From positions 69,928 to 133,927 of the forward strand of contig JAHFMN010000001.1 of the NCBI GenBank assembly GCA_023264445.1: DNA of 64,000 nucleotides, in the 5' to 3' direction. A program made the translations under genes and the position numbers. The stretch's first letter is position 1. Each line of letters opens with the position of its first letter. Shown in pieces: positions 53,541-63,604 of this stretch. The notes beneath the pieces were generated by a model. That model saw only the letters and a program-made list of their open reading frames with translations, was not told the DNA's origin and made no database searches. The DNA is from Candidatus Kaiserbacteria bacterium. Lineage in GTDB: Bacteria > Patescibacteriota > Minisyncoccia > Phycocordibacterales > Phycocordibacteraceae.

Positions 53541-54485
53541 ATGGATTCTTCTGAGCTGCAGGCATACGCCCACCGAATGCGCTTCATGCGTGAAGCAGGC
53601 ATTACGCTCGTGCTTGCATCTGGCGTGCTCGCCTTCTTCCTCTTCATACCGCTTTTCGAGCAGAAGGCTCCGCCCGCACCAACCGTCGTTGCTACGACAG
53701 GACCAGACGCGTTCGCACAAGTTTCCATCGATGCGAAAGCTGCTATCGTATACGACCTCACTACCGGGGAAGTCTTGTACGCAAAAAATGCTGACGCGCA
53801 GCTCCCGCTTGCTTCACTCACGAAACTCTTGACCGTGTACGCGGCGCTCGCTAAACTTTCTCCCGATACGCCAATCACCATTCCCGCACTCGCAACGCAT
53901 CTTGACGGACCCCATGCGTTTTCTGCCGGTCAGACATTCGCGCTCGATGACCTTGCACGACTTACCCTAACTGCATCTCTAAACGACGGCGCCGCCGCTA
54001 TCGCAGAAGCAACCGCTTCGCGTCAGAATATCTCGCAAACTGATATGCTTGCAGGCGCTGCTGCAGCACTTGGCCTTGGAGAAACATACGCGGTAAACGG
54101 CAGCGGTCTTGATGTGAACGCTGCAGTTTCTGGCGGTTATGGTTCGGCACGTGACCTCGCGCGGCTAGCGGGAGCGCTTGTCGAGCAAGCACCGGCTATT
54201 GCAGCAGCGACAACGGAAAACATCGTACACGCCGTTTCAGAAGGCGGTACTTCATTCTCTTTGAAAAATACGGACCCTATCGTCTCAAGTATTTCGCGCC
54301 TCCTTCTGTCTAAGACCGGCTACACTGACCTCGCCGGCGGCAACCTCGCTCTCGTCTTTGACAGCGGCATGCGGCACATGGTTGCAGTCGTCGTTCTCGG
54401 TTCGTCCCTGAAAGCGCGCTTCACCGATGGTGCCGCGCTCGTTGCCGCGACGCTTGCACACTTCGCCGGGGTTGATTCTTTATGA
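53541..54485 (+). CDS. dacA: D-alanyl-D-alanine carboxypeptidase (S11 peptidase / PBP5-like)
   Basis: N-terminal TM helix, the SxxK motif ASLTK, SGN-like and KTG (SKTGYT) motifs. Confidence 0.82.
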   Translation: MDSSELQAYAHRMRFMREAGITLVLASGVLAFFLFIPLFEQKAPPAPTVVATTGPDAFAQVSIDAKAAIVYDLTTGEVLYAKNADAQLPLASLTKLLTVYAALAKLSPDTPITIPALATHLDGPHAFSAGQTFALDDLARLTLTASLNDGAAAIAEATASRQNISQTDMLAGAAAALGLGETYAVNGSGLDVNAAVSGGYGSARDLARLAGALVEQAPAIAAATTENIVHAVSEGGTSFSLKNTDPIVSSISRLLLSKTGYTDLAGGNLALVFDSGMRHMVAVVVLGSSLKARFTDGAALVAATLAHFAGVDSL

Positions 54486-55549
54486 TTAGTACAGCTACCC
54501 GCGTCCTTATCCCTTCGGCGACCGCATTCGCGCTTGGTATCGTCTTCGCGCCGCTTCTGGCCGGCATCTTGTACCGCAAGAAAGCATGGAAGAAGAGCCC
54601 CGGAAAAGGGAATGGCATTGGCGGGGGTGGTACTCCCATTTTCGATGAGTTGCACAAGGAGCGCGAAATCTCGACGCCGCGCATGGGAGGTATTCTCATC
54701 TGGGCTTCGGTACTTGCCACCGCATTCCTCTTCTGGGTCCTCGCCCGTTCGTTTGACACGTTTTGGCCCATGCTTGATTTCATTAATCGCCAGGAGACCT
54801 GGCTACCCATCTTTGCGCTTGCGATAGGAGCTTTCGCAGGACTTATCGACGATCTCCTTGAAATTACAAGCGGGAAAGGAGGACTCTCTCTTCGACGACG
54901 CCTTCTGATCGTCGGTAGTATCGGGCTTGTCGCCGGCTGGTGGTTCTACGCGAAGCTTGGCGTCACGGCTATCGGCATTCCTTTTGCCTCCCCACTGATT
55001 CTCGGCTGGCTTATCGTGCCATTCTTCGCATTCGTGACTCTCGCTATTTATGCCGGCGGTACCATAGACGGCCTCGACGGCCTCGCCGGTGGTGTATTCG
55101 CCATCATATTCATGGTCTATGCGGGTATCGCAGTGGGAGAGGGGCAAGTATCGCTTGCAGCATGTGCCGCTACCATTGCGGGAGCCACCCTCGCCTTCCT
55201 CTGGTTTAATATTCCGCCGGCGCGATTCTATATGTCGGAGACCGGCAGTATGGCACTCACGCTCGCCCTCGCGATGACTGCGTTTGCTTCAGACGCGCTC
55301 GCGGAAGGCGTGGGGGTATCGGTGCTTCCCATCGTTGCTTTTCCGCTCACTGCCACCGTCGCGACGACAATGCTGCAGGTCTTCTGGAAACGAGTTTTCC
55401 ATAAAAAACTATTTCGCGTCGCGCCCATTCATCATCATTTTGAAGCGCTCGGCTGGCCTGCAGCAAAAGTGACCATGCGGTATTGGGTCATCACCATCAT
55501 CGCAGGGGTGCTTGGCCTCGCTATCGCGCTCCTCGCACGCGTGCCATGA
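54482..55549 (+). CDS. mraY: phospho-N-acetylmuramoyl-pentapeptide transferase
   Basis: TPRMGGILIW, DDLLEI, IDGLDGLAGG. Confidence 0.92.
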   Translation: MISTATRVLIPSATAFALGIVFAPLLAGILYRKKAWKKSPGKGNGIGGGGTPIFDELHKEREISTPRMGGILIWASVLATAFLFWVLARSFDTFWPMLDFINRQETWLPIFALAIGAFAGLIDDLLEITSGKGGLSLRRRLLIVGSIGLVAGWWFYAKLGVTAIGIPFASPLILGWLIVPFFAFVTLAIYAGGTIDGLDGLAGGVFAIIFMVYAGIAVGEGQVSLAACAATIAGATLAFLWFNIPPARFYMSETGSMALTLALAMTAFASDALAEGVGVSVLPIVAFPLTATVATTMLQVFWKRVFHKKLFRVAPIHHHFEALGWPAAKVTMRYWVITIIAGVLGLAIALLARVP

Positions 55550-56646
55550 AGCTCGCATCCGGCGACCGCATGTTTTTCATGCTTGTGCTTGGCATCGTAC
55601 TTGCCGGCCTCGCCATCTTTTCTTCCGCGGCGCTCGGCCTCCTAGCCCGAGAAAGCAATTCCGTATCGCAAGACATTATCTTGCAGGCAGGGCTCGGTAT
55701 CGGACTTGGCTTCCTCGCACTTTTTGTCGCCCGCGCCATTCCTCTTTCCTACCTGAAGCGCTTCGCGCCTTTTCTGTATGCGGCGACTCTTCTCTTTACT
55801 GCACTTGTCTTTGTCCCTGGTATCGGACTTCATGCAAACGGAGCAACCCGCTGGATTAATCTGGGCTTTACCACGGTGCAACCAGCAGAATTTCTAAAAA
55901 TTGGTTTTGTGCTGGTGCTTGCGTGGTGGCTTGCCCCCCGCGCGCAGCGACTTACTGAACTCAAAAAAGGATTGATTCCATTCTCACTTATTCTCTCATT
56001 TCCGATTCTTCTCCTGCTCGCCCAGCCGAATACCTCGACGACTCTGCTCATCGTTGCGACCGGTTCGGTCATGTACTTCGTCGCAGGAGCGCCCTGGCGC
56101 GATTTTGGTATTCTCAGCCTCCTTGCAGTGCTTGCATTCATTGCCATCATCATGGTGCGCCCGTATGTGCTGGAGCGGGTTAAGACCTTCATGGACCCCG
56201 CAGCAAATTCACTCAGCAGCGGCTACCAGATCCAGCAATCGCTCATCGCGATAGGTTCCGGCGGACTCCTCGGCAGGGGATTCGGTCAGAGCGTAGAGAA
56301 ATTCAATTACTTACCAGAACCTTCCGGTGACTCCGTATTCGCCGTATTCGCAGAAGAAACAGGATTCCTCGGGGCAATCATCCTGCTTGCTCTCTTTGTG
56401 GGGCTTGCGGCGCGCGGCATCGTGATCGCTGGAGATTCGCGCGACCTTTTCGGCGGACTGCTTGCGCTTGGTTTTTCCTTCCTCATCATTCTCCAAGCCT
56501 TTATCAACATGTGTGCGATGCTCGGCATCATTCCGCTTACCGGACTGCCGCTGCCGTTCGTCTCCCACGGCGGTACGGCACTTATGGCGGCGCTCATTAT
56601 GTGCGGCCTCATTCTCAACGTCGCTGCTCATCGCAAAAGCGCATAA
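55546..56646 (+). CDS. ftsW: SEDS-family peptidoglycan polymerase FtsW/RodA
   Basis: 10-TM SEDS sequence. The ATGA overlaps the mraY stop. Confidence 0.88.
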   Translation: MKLASGDRMFFMLVLGIVLAGLAIFSSAALGLLARESNSVSQDIILQAGLGIGLGFLALFVARAIPLSYLKRFAPFLYAATLLFTALVFVPGIGLHANGATRWINLGFTTVQPAEFLKIGFVLVLAWWLAPRAQRLTELKKGLIPFSLILSFPILLLLAQPNTSTTLLIVATGSVMYFVAGAPWRDFGILSLLAVLAFIAIIMVRPYVLERVKTFMDPAANSLSSGYQIQQSLIAIGSGGLLGRGFGQSVEKFNYLPEPSGDSVFAVFAEETGFLGAIILLALFVGLAARGIVIAGDSRDLFGGLLALGFSFLIILQAFINMCAMLGIIPLTGLPLPFVSHGGTALMAALIMCGLILNVAAHRKSA

Positions 56647-56661
56647 GGTATACTGAGTATC

Positions 56662-57801
56662 ATGACCATCGCGTTCACCGGAGGGGGCACGGGCGGGCAT
56701 TTCTACCCCATCATTGCCATTGCCGAAGCAATCAATGACCTCGTGCGCGAAGAACGGCTCGTGGCGCCAAAGCTCTATTACCTCGCCCCAAATGCGTTTG
56801 ACGAACAAGCACTTTTTGAAAACAGCATCACGCATATCCGCATACCGGCAGGCAAGGTGCGCCGCTATGCTTCGCTACGCAACTTCACCGATCTATTCAT
56901 CACGTTCTTCGGCACAATCTCAGCACTCTTCACACTCTTCCGCCTTTATCCGGACGTCGTGATGAGCAAGGGAGGTTATGGTAGCGTGCCGACCGTGCTC
57001 GCCGCGCGTATCCTCGGCATCCCGATCATCATTCATGAATCGGATGCAAAGCCTGGGCGCGCAAACCTGCTCGCCGCCCCATGGGCAAAAAAAATCGCTA
57101 TTTCGTTTGAGAGTGCGGCGGCGTTCTTTCCCGAGAAAGTACGTAGTCGTATCGCGCGCACCGGTATCCCCATCAGGAAGGCACTCATGCGGATTGAGCC
57201 AGAGGGTGCGGCGCAGTATCTCGGACTCGAGAGGGAAGTGCCGACCATTCTCATTCTCGGGGGCTCCCTGGGAGCACTCAAAATAAATGAGACGGTACTC
57301 TCCGCATTACCCGATTTGGTCTTATTTACAAACGTCATCCACCAGACAGGGCAGGCGCATTTTAAGAATGTCGAAGGGGTCGCGAAGGTCGTACTTGCGA
57401 AATCGCCGCATGCAGGCCGATACCACCCCGTGAACTATATGAACGAAATATCCCTACAGCGCGCCGCTGGCATTGCCGACCTCATCGTATCGCGTGCAGG
57501 TGCGAACTCCATTGCCGAGATAGGACTCTGGAAGAAGCCGGCCATTCTCATCCCCATTCCCGAGTCCGTGAGTCACGACCAGCGCACCAATGCGTACAGC
57601 TATGCCCGGACGGGTGCTGCCGTCGTGCTTGAAGAAGAGAACCTGACGCCGCATCTACTTGTCTCCGAGATCCAGCGCATCGTGAGCGATCCGCAGCTCG
57701 CACAACGCATGGGCGCATCTGCTGCCGGCTTTACCGATCCAGATGCTGCCCGGCTCATAGCGCATGAGACGCTCGCGCTTGCACTCTCGCACGAATCATG
57801 A
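56662..57801 (+). CDS. murG: UDP-GlcNAc:undecaprenyl-PP-MurNAc-pentapeptide GlcNAc transferase
   Basis: FTGGGTGGHFYPIIAIAEA and the GT28 C-terminal domain. Confidence 0.92.
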   Translation: MTIAFTGGGTGGHFYPIIAIAEAINDLVREERLVAPKLYYLAPNAFDEQALFENSITHIRIPAGKVRRYASLRNFTDLFITFFGTISALFTLFRLYPDVVMSKGGYGSVPTVLAARILGIPIIIHESDAKPGRANLLAAPWAKKIAISFESAAAFFPEKVRSRIARTGIPIRKALMRIEPEGAAQYLGLEREVPTILILGGSLGALKINETVLSALPDLVLFTNVIHQTGQAHFKNVEGVAKVVLAKSPHAGRYHPVNYMNEISLQRAAGIADLIVSRAGANSIAEIGLWKKPAILIPIPESVSHDQRTNAYSYARTGAAVVLEEENLTPHLLVSEIQRIVSDPQLAQRMGASAAGFTDPDAARLIAHETLALALSHES

Positions 57802-57828
57802 GCCCCGTTAGAAATTTCCGAAATTGAT

Positions 57829-59214
57829 ATGAATCAAACGAACGACAACTCCATGCCTCAAAGAAAGATTATTTCTAACGGGGTGAGCCCCGTCGTTACC
57901 CGCTTCGCGCCCTCACCGACCGGATACCTACATGCCGGCAATTACCGGACTGCCGTATTCGCCTACCTCTTCGCGAAGCATAGCGGCGGGAAGTTCATCG
58001 TGCGCATTGAGGATACGGACGCTGCTCGATCGAAGCGCGAATACGAGGAGAATATTTTTGATGCGCTTGCCTGGCTGAATCTCCCAGCCGATGCGACATA
58101 CCGCCAGAGCGAACATCGCTCCCGACACCGCGAGCTACTGGAAAAGCTCATCGCCGCCGACACTGCATATGTCTCAAAAGAAACGCCGCAAAAACCTGGA
58201 GATCGCGAAGAAGTCATTCGTTTCAGAAATCCGGGCGGCAGCCTCACATTCTCCGATGTTATTCATGGCGATATAACCACGGATGTCACCGACCTCGGTG
58301 ATTTCATCATCGCGCGTTCTCTCGACGAACCCGTCTTCCACTTCGCTGTCGTAGTAGATGATGCCGACGAAGGAGTAACGCACGTCATCCGCGGGGGAGA
58401 CCATATTTCAAACACTGCGCGTCAGCTACTCATCTCACGTGCGCTCGGTTTTGCGACTCCAACGTACGCACATCTACCGCTCATCATGGATAGCCAGCAT
58501 AAAAAGCTTGGCAAGCGTACCGGTGCGAAGGCACTTACCGACTATCGTCTCCTAGGCATTCTCCCCGAAGCGCTTCTGAACTATCTCGCCTTCCTTGGCT
58601 GGAATCCCGGAGACACTCGCGAATACATGTCTCGAGATGAGCTGGTGGAAGCATTTGATCTCACGCGCGTGCAGAAGGGAAGTGCGGTCTTTGATGAAGT
58701 GAAATTATTCTCGGTCAATCAGCACTGGATGCGCAAACTCTCAACTGATGATTTCCTCACGCGAGGAAATCTTTCTTCCGATAGCCCGGAAAAACTTCGA
58801 AAAGCTGTTCCGCTTCTGCAGGAACGCGCACGTACCTATGGTGAAGTGCAGGAGATGCTCGATGGGGAGCTTTCCTGCCTCTTTTCAGCGCCGGAACCAG
58901 CCCGGGACCAGCTCCTTGCGAAGGAGCTGCCAGGGCGCCAAGCGGTAGCCAAAAGCGCCCTAGAAGGCCTCCTGGAGGCCATAAAAGCCCTTCCGGGAGA
59001 GGTAAGCGCCGAGGAGGTAAAAGGGGTGATTATGCCCCTCGCTGATGAGGAGGAGGCGAGGGGGAAAGGGGGCAGGGGAGCCGTCCTCTGGCCGCTGCGC
59101 TATGCCCTCTCGGGGCAGGAGCGCTCGCCCGACCCCTTCACTCTCATCTCAATTCTGGGGCCCGAAGAATCATTGGCTCGCATCCAGAAAGCGATTGCTA
59201 TACTCGAGGGATGA
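57829..59214 (+). CDS. gltX: glutamyl-tRNA synthetase
   Basis: RFAPSPTGYLHAGNYRTAVFAYLFAK...IVRIEDTD. The start may be the internal Met at 57853. Confidence 0.9.
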   Translation: MNQTNDNSMPQRKIISNGVSPVVTRFAPSPTGYLHAGNYRTAVFAYLFAKHSGGKFIVRIEDTDAARSKREYEENIFDALAWLNLPADATYRQSEHRSRHRELLEKLIAADTAYVSKETPQKPGDREEVIRFRNPGGSLTFSDVIHGDITTDVTDLGDFIIARSLDEPVFHFAVVVDDADEGVTHVIRGGDHISNTARQLLISRALGFATPTYAHLPLIMDSQHKKLGKRTGAKALTDYRLLGILPEALLNYLAFLGWNPGDTREYMSRDELVEAFDLTRVQKGSAVFDEVKLFSVNQHWMRKLSTDDFLTRGNLSSDSPEKLRKAVPLLQERARTYGEVQEMLDGELSCLFSAPEPARDQLLAKELPGRQAVAKSALEGLLEAIKALPGEVSAEEVKGVIMPLADEEEARGKGGRGAVLWPLRYALSGQERSPDPFTLISILGPEESLARIQKAIAILEG

Positions 59215-60470
59215 ATCGCTTCGCACTGCTCCTTTTTTTAGTCCTTTCTTTCGGTGCGCCGCAGCTAACATTCGCTGATGCGATATCAGATATTCAAGCG
59301 CAAATACAAGCGAATAATCAACAACTTGATGCACTCAAAGCAGAGATTGCTTCATACCAGAAGGAGCTTGATGCTCTGGGTCCAAAGAAGGATACGCTCC
59401 AGTCCGCAATTAGCTCACTCACCATCTCACAAAAGCAGCTCACCGCACAGATAAAAGCTACAGAAAATAAAATCGCTTCTGCCAATTTGGAAATTCGCGA
59501 GCTCACCAACTCTATCGGCGATAAAGAAGAGACTATTGCTGAGAACCAGACGGCTATTGGTAAAGCACTACGCATCGTGGCACAAGATGAGTCCGCCTCA
59601 CTTGTGACGACGCTCATATCTTCGGACACCTTTAGTGACGCGTGGCACGCGACTGATGTTGCACTTCAATTTAACCGCGCGCTGCGAGACGACATCGCGA
59701 GTCTGCGCGCAGTACGTACCGAGCTCTCAACCAATCGCGATGCAGTGACGAAGGAGAAGACGAAGCTTGTCGCACTTCAGAGTGATTTGGCGGTGCAAAA
59801 AAAGTCGGTAGAGGTATCCAAGGCAGCACAGCAGAAACTCCTCGCTGATACTAAGAATCAAGAGAGCGCATATCAGAAAATTCTTGCTCAGAAACGCACC
59901 CAGCAAACCGAATTTGAGAATCAGCTCTTCCGCTATGAGGAACAATTGCGCCAGGCGCTTGACCCCTCGTCGGTGCCATTTGCACATTCGGGTATATTGT
60001 TCCCGCCGCTTGCACAAACAACCATTACTCAATACTTCGGAAAGACAGTGGATGCGATACGCCTCTATGTCTCGGGGACGCACGGCGGCGTAGACTTCAA
60101 GGCCTCTATTGGTACGCCGGTCAAAGCTGCTCTCATGGGAATGGTATTGGATACCGAAAGCGTACAAGTAAGAAGCGGCTGCCAGTACGGCAAATGGGTG
60201 CTCATTAAGCATGCAAACGGCCTCTCAACTATTTATGGGCACCTTTCATACGTATATGTGCACCCCGGCGACACGGTGAGTACCGGGCAAGTGATAGGGC
60301 TCTCGGGCGATACTGGCTATGCCTATGGTCCCCATCTTCACTTTGGTGTCTATAACACAACCGGCATCAAGGTCGTGGACGCGGGCGCACTCGGCTCTGT
60401 GCGCTGCGCCGGCATTAAAACAGTCGCCGCAAGTCCTACGGCGTATCTCAACCCGCTTTCGTATCTCTAG
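59211..60470 (+). CDS. M23 peptidase with an N-terminal coiled-coil (EnvC-like murein hydrolase activator)
   Basis: Signal peptide, a long coiled-coil, and the LytM motifs HGGVDF...HLHFGV. Confidence 0.85.
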   Translation: MNRFALLLFLVLSFGAPQLTFADAISDIQAQIQANNQQLDALKAEIASYQKELDALGPKKDTLQSAISSLTISQKQLTAQIKATENKIASANLEIRELTNSIGDKEETIAENQTAIGKALRIVAQDESASLVTTLISSDTFSDAWHATDVALQFNRALRDDIASLRAVRTELSTNRDAVTKEKTKLVALQSDLAVQKKSVEVSKAAQQKLLADTKNQESAYQKILAQKRTQQTEFENQLFRYEEQLRQALDPSSVPFAHSGILFPPLAQTTITQYFGKTVDAIRLYVSGTHGGVDFKASIGTPVKAALMGMVLDTESVQVRSGCQYGKWVLIKHANGLSTIYGHLSYVYVHPGDTVSTGQVIGLSGDTGYAYGPHLHFGVYNTTGIKVVDAGALGSVRCAGIKTVAASPTAYLNPLSYL

Positions 60471-61074
60471 TGCGCCAGAGGAGTAGGGAAGCGAAGGTGC
60501 GATACGGAGACCATCGCTGCGAAATGGTGAGAAGCTTTTCGCGTGAAGCACCTTTCGGCAGGCCATAGATGGCTTCAATGGCACGAATGAGGCCGAGATC
60601 GCCCGGAGAAAAGACATCGGGCCGACCGAGCGAAAACATCATAAACATTTCCACCGACCATGGTCCAAGCCCCCATATCTGTAGTAACCTCTCGGCGGCA
60701 ATTGCTTCAGAAATCTTTTTCAGTTCAAGCAAATCCAATGTACCTTTCTGTACGACGGTCGCAATTGCTTTCAATGTCTTTATCTTCGCACCCGAGAGGC
60801 CAGCTGATTGGAGAGCAGAAACGCGAGTCTTCAAAATCAACTCCGGAGCAAGCTTGCCTTTGCAAGCTTTTTTGACGCGGAGGAAGATGCTCCGGGCAGC
60901 AGCAGTGCCAAGCTGCTGCGAAATAACAATCCGTACTAATGATTCAAATAATTGTGCGCGGGTCTTTTTCTCTGGAAGTTGCGTTGGCAGGGAAGAGTGG
61001 TGTGCTTTTGTCGCCCTATAGAAATGTGGGTCAACACGCTTGAAATGTGTGAGTGCGCTTGAACTTCTCGGCAT
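60448..61074 (-). CDS. alkA: HhH-GPD DNA glycosylase (3-methyladenine DNA glycosylase II / AlkA-like)
   Basis: LQIWGLGPWSVEMFMMFSLGRPDVFSPGDLGL, and a helix-hairpin-helix-GPD with the catalytic Asp. Confidence 0.8.
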   Translation of the reverse strand: MPRSSSALTHFKRVDPHFYRATKAHHSSLPTQLPEKKTRAQLFESLVRIVISQQLGTAAARSIFLRVKKACKGKLAPELILKTRVSALQSAGLSGAKIKTLKAIATVVQKGTLDLLELKKISEAIAAERLLQIWGLGPWSVEMFMMFSLGRPDVFSPGDLGLIRAIEAIYGLPKGASREKLLTISQRWSPYRTFASLLLWRTRDTKAG

Positions 61075-61359
61075 GCCGAGATACTACCACCACTGCGCTG
61101 TACTATACTGTCCCTACCATGCTGAATCTCATAGTCTGGATACTCATCTTCCTCCTTGCGCTCTCATTCTTCGGCATCTCAATCCAGGCCGTCTTCAACT
61201 CTCCAGCCGGCCAATCCACTATCCTCTATCTCTCTCATTTCCTTTTACAAATCTGGCAATGGATTACGGTCCATATCCCATCATAGACGTTAACAAAAGA
61301 TAAAGACTGTACAGGGCAATATTTTACGAACGTGCTTTTTGACGTTTGGAAAATGTTGC

Positions 61360-61399
61360 CGATCTTTTGCGCAGAAGCCTCTAGCTCTCTGCGCAAAAG
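61360..61399. repeat. 11-bp inverted repeat CTTTTGCGCAG-N14-CTGCGCAAAAG inside an unusually long intergenic region
   Basis: A perfect stem in the ~600-bp non-coding stretch 61075-61670. Confidence 0.4.
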
Positions 61400-61670
61400 A
61401 TATATTGTGCGTACATTAGATACAGAATCCCCCACCATCGAGAGACCCTAAAAACCGGGAAAATTAAAATAACTTCTATTCCCTACTTTTTGAACGCGAT
61501 GATTACGACGTGCACCAGACTGATGAGAGTGCTCATAAGCCCGGTCCAGAAGGCATACATCTGCAGACGCCTTGCTGAGTAATTTTTCATAGCCATGGGG
61601 AAGAGGATATCATGCGGAAAGGAGTCAAATTAGGATTACTCACTTCCCTGCTCCTTTTCTTTTTTGCTTT

Positions 61671-62417
61671 TTAGCAAGAAACGTTTGAGACGATGTAGTT
61701 ATAAGCTTCGTCCACCGTATCCACGATTGTGTAGAGTGTCATATCTCCCTCATCGATAGCTGCACGTTTCTGATACAGCTCCTTTTCAATGAACGCAGAC
61801 AGCGGTTCCCAGAATTTCTTACCGAAGAGGAGGATAGGCACTTTACGGATCTTCTTGGTCTGCACGAGCGTCACGATTTCAAAAAATTCGTCCAGCGTGC
61901 CGAACCCACCCGGAAAATAGACATAAATTTCAGAGGCGTAGGTCAGCATCACTTTGCGTACGAAGAAATGATCGAAACTAAATTTTTCGGTGAGGTAGGG
62001 ATTGTAGACCTGGGAATCCGGCAGATTGATATTGAGCCCGACCGATACGCCGCCTGCCTCAAACGCTCCCTTATTCGCGGCCTGCATGATGCCAGAGCTG
62101 CCGCCGGTAATCACGGCAAAACCTTTTTTTGCCAATCGGCCCGCGAGTTCCTCCGCATGTTTGTATGCGGCATCTTCTAGAGAAGTACGCGTGCTGCCGA
62201 AGAAGGATACGGCAAGGCCGTGGCGGCGAATGATGTCAAATCCCTCTATGAATTCCGACATGATCTTGAACACGCGCCAGGACTCCACTTTTTTCGGCTT
62301 GCAGACGAGCAGTGGACGATCCTCCGGCATCGTACGCTGTCCTTCATGCACAACTTTCGCAAGCCGCTCGGCCGTTGTTTCCATAATTGGCGCATCGCGT
62401 GTTAGATCATCATTCAT
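61671..62417 (-). CDS. LOG-family nucleotide phosphoribohydrolase (TIGR00730 Rossmann-fold protein)
   Basis: AVITGGSSGIMQAANKGAFEAGGVSVGLNINLP...PGGFGTLDEFFE. The start is set at MNDDLTRD; the upstream ORF-track extension overlaps the neighbouring genes. Confidence 0.8.
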   Translation of the reverse strand: MNDDLTRDAPIMETTAERLAKVVHEGQRTMPEDRPLLVCKPKKVESWRVFKIMSEFIEGFDIIRRHGLAVSFFGSTRTSLEDAAYKHAEELAGRLAKKGFAVITGGSSGIMQAANKGAFEAGGVSVGLNINLPDSQVYNPYLTEKFSFDHFFVRKVMLTYASEIYVYFPGGFGTLDEFFEIVTLVQTKKIRKVPILLFGKKFWEPLSAFIEKELYQKRAAIDEGDMTLYTIVDTVDEAYNYIVSNVSC

Positions 62418-62442
62418 AGATAGTAATGATATCAGAGAAAAA

Positions 62443-62784
62443 TTATTTGCAATTTGCAGCGAGAGCATAACCAGCTTCTTCTGCTTCTGCGGCAGAAGCG
62501 AACCACACCTTGTTTGCCTCTGAAATACGGTTCGCGCCAGCGCATCCTGGTGGATAATATTTTGTCCCCGATTTTGAAGCGACGAACTGCCCTGCCACCG
62601 CAGTTGCAGCAAGCGGAACGATTCCGGGCGCAGGAACTCTTTCGGCCCGCTCGTCCAGGCCCGTAAGATACCCGAGTCCGAAGCTCGAAACGGAGGCGGA
62701 AACGAGAATGCCGACCGTAAGCAAGTCCCGCGGTATGCGCGCGATGAAGCTTTTGCATTTTTCGCGCACATCTGCTATAATCAT
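62443..62784 (-). CDS. small membrane-anchored protein with a C-terminal Ada-type Zn-binding-like motif
   Basis: TM helix followed by KYYPPGCAGANRISEANKVWFASAAEAEEAGYALAANCK (C...N.v.F.s.eeA..aGY..C pattern). The start is set at the Met that avoids overlap with rpmA. Confidence 0.45.
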   Translation of the reverse strand: MIIADVREKCKSFIARIPRDLLTVGILVSASVSSFGLGYLTGLDERAERVPAPGIVPLAATAVAGQFVASKSGTKYYPPGCAGANRISEANKVWFASAAEAEEAGYALAANCK

Positions 62785-62803
62785 CACGTAAAAGATATCA
62801 CGT

Positions 62804-63076
62804 ATGGCATCAACCAAAGCTGGCGGTTCAGCAAAAAACCTCACCGATTCCAACCCGAAATACCTCGGAGTGAAGCTTGCTGATGGCGCCTCCGCACGTC
62901 CCGGCATGGTCATCGTCCGCCAACGCGGCACAAAAATCGAGGCGGGGAAAAACGTCGCAGTTGGCAAGGATCATACGCTCTTTGCGCTTGCCTCTGGAAA
63001 AGTCTCCTTCCGTACGCGCCGCAAGACTAGCTTTACCGGCCGCATCATCTCCAAGAAAGTCGCGGACGTCGTCTAA
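62804..63076 (+). CDS. rpmA: ribosomal protein L27
   Basis: [24 protein letters not shown]...[31 protein letters not shown] at 62775-62780 is upstream. Confidence 0.93.
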   Translation: MASTKAGGSAKNLTDSNPKYLGVKLADGASARPGMVIVRQRGTKIEAGKNVAVGKDHTLFALASGKVSFRTRRKTSFTGRIISKKVADVV

Positions 63077-63597
63077 CGTTTCTGTTGCGGTTTTTCGAAG
63101 TGCTGCCAATCTTTCCTCTCCTTCCAGTCCCCTCCCCATTCCCAGCCATATGATTTGATAACAGCCGCTATGTCGGCTGTTATCGTTCCTGGCTGTGCCG
63201 GATCGTACTGTGCACCTAGCGGCACGACGATGCCGTCGCGCTGGGTATATGGATTCTGGACCGGATTGATGTCTATCGCACGCCCGTATGAATGATTTGA
63301 CAGTCGGTCCGTGCCGAAAATAACGCGGTAATTGAATGCAGACGTATTATTCGCTTCCATAGAAACATCATCGTCCCATCCATAGGCGACAACCGGGACC
63401 ATCTCTTGGATGGGAAATCGGGCCTCCTGCAATGTGTAAAAGATATTCTTTACTTCTTCAACGACCTCTATGTGAACCACTAGCTGACCTTGGCGAACTT
63501 CCCCGCCAAAAGAAAGGTAGGGGATGTCGACCAGCACGAGCGTATCCCGTATCTCTTTTGGGATTTCCTTTCCCGCGAGAGCTTCTGCAAGAGTCAT
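63073..63597 (-). CDS. M15-family zinc D-Ala-D-Ala carboxypeptidase-like peptidase (VanY/LAS superfamily)
   Basis: [11 protein letters not shown] (SxHxxGxAxD) and a downstream His/Asp. The start is the internal Met following the rplI stop; the rplI 3' end supplies a GAGGCGGAGG RBS. Confidence 0.7.
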   Translation of the reverse strand: MTLAEALAGKEIPKEIRDTLVLVDIPYLSFGGEVRQGQLVVHIEVVEEVKNIFYTLQEARFPIQEMVPVVAYGWDDDVSMEANNTSAFNYRVIFGTDRLSNHSYGRAIDINPVQNPYTQRDGIVVPLGAQYDPAQPGTITADIAAVIKSYGWEWGGDWKERKDWQHFEKPQQKR

Positions 63598-63604
63598 GGG
63601 GCTG

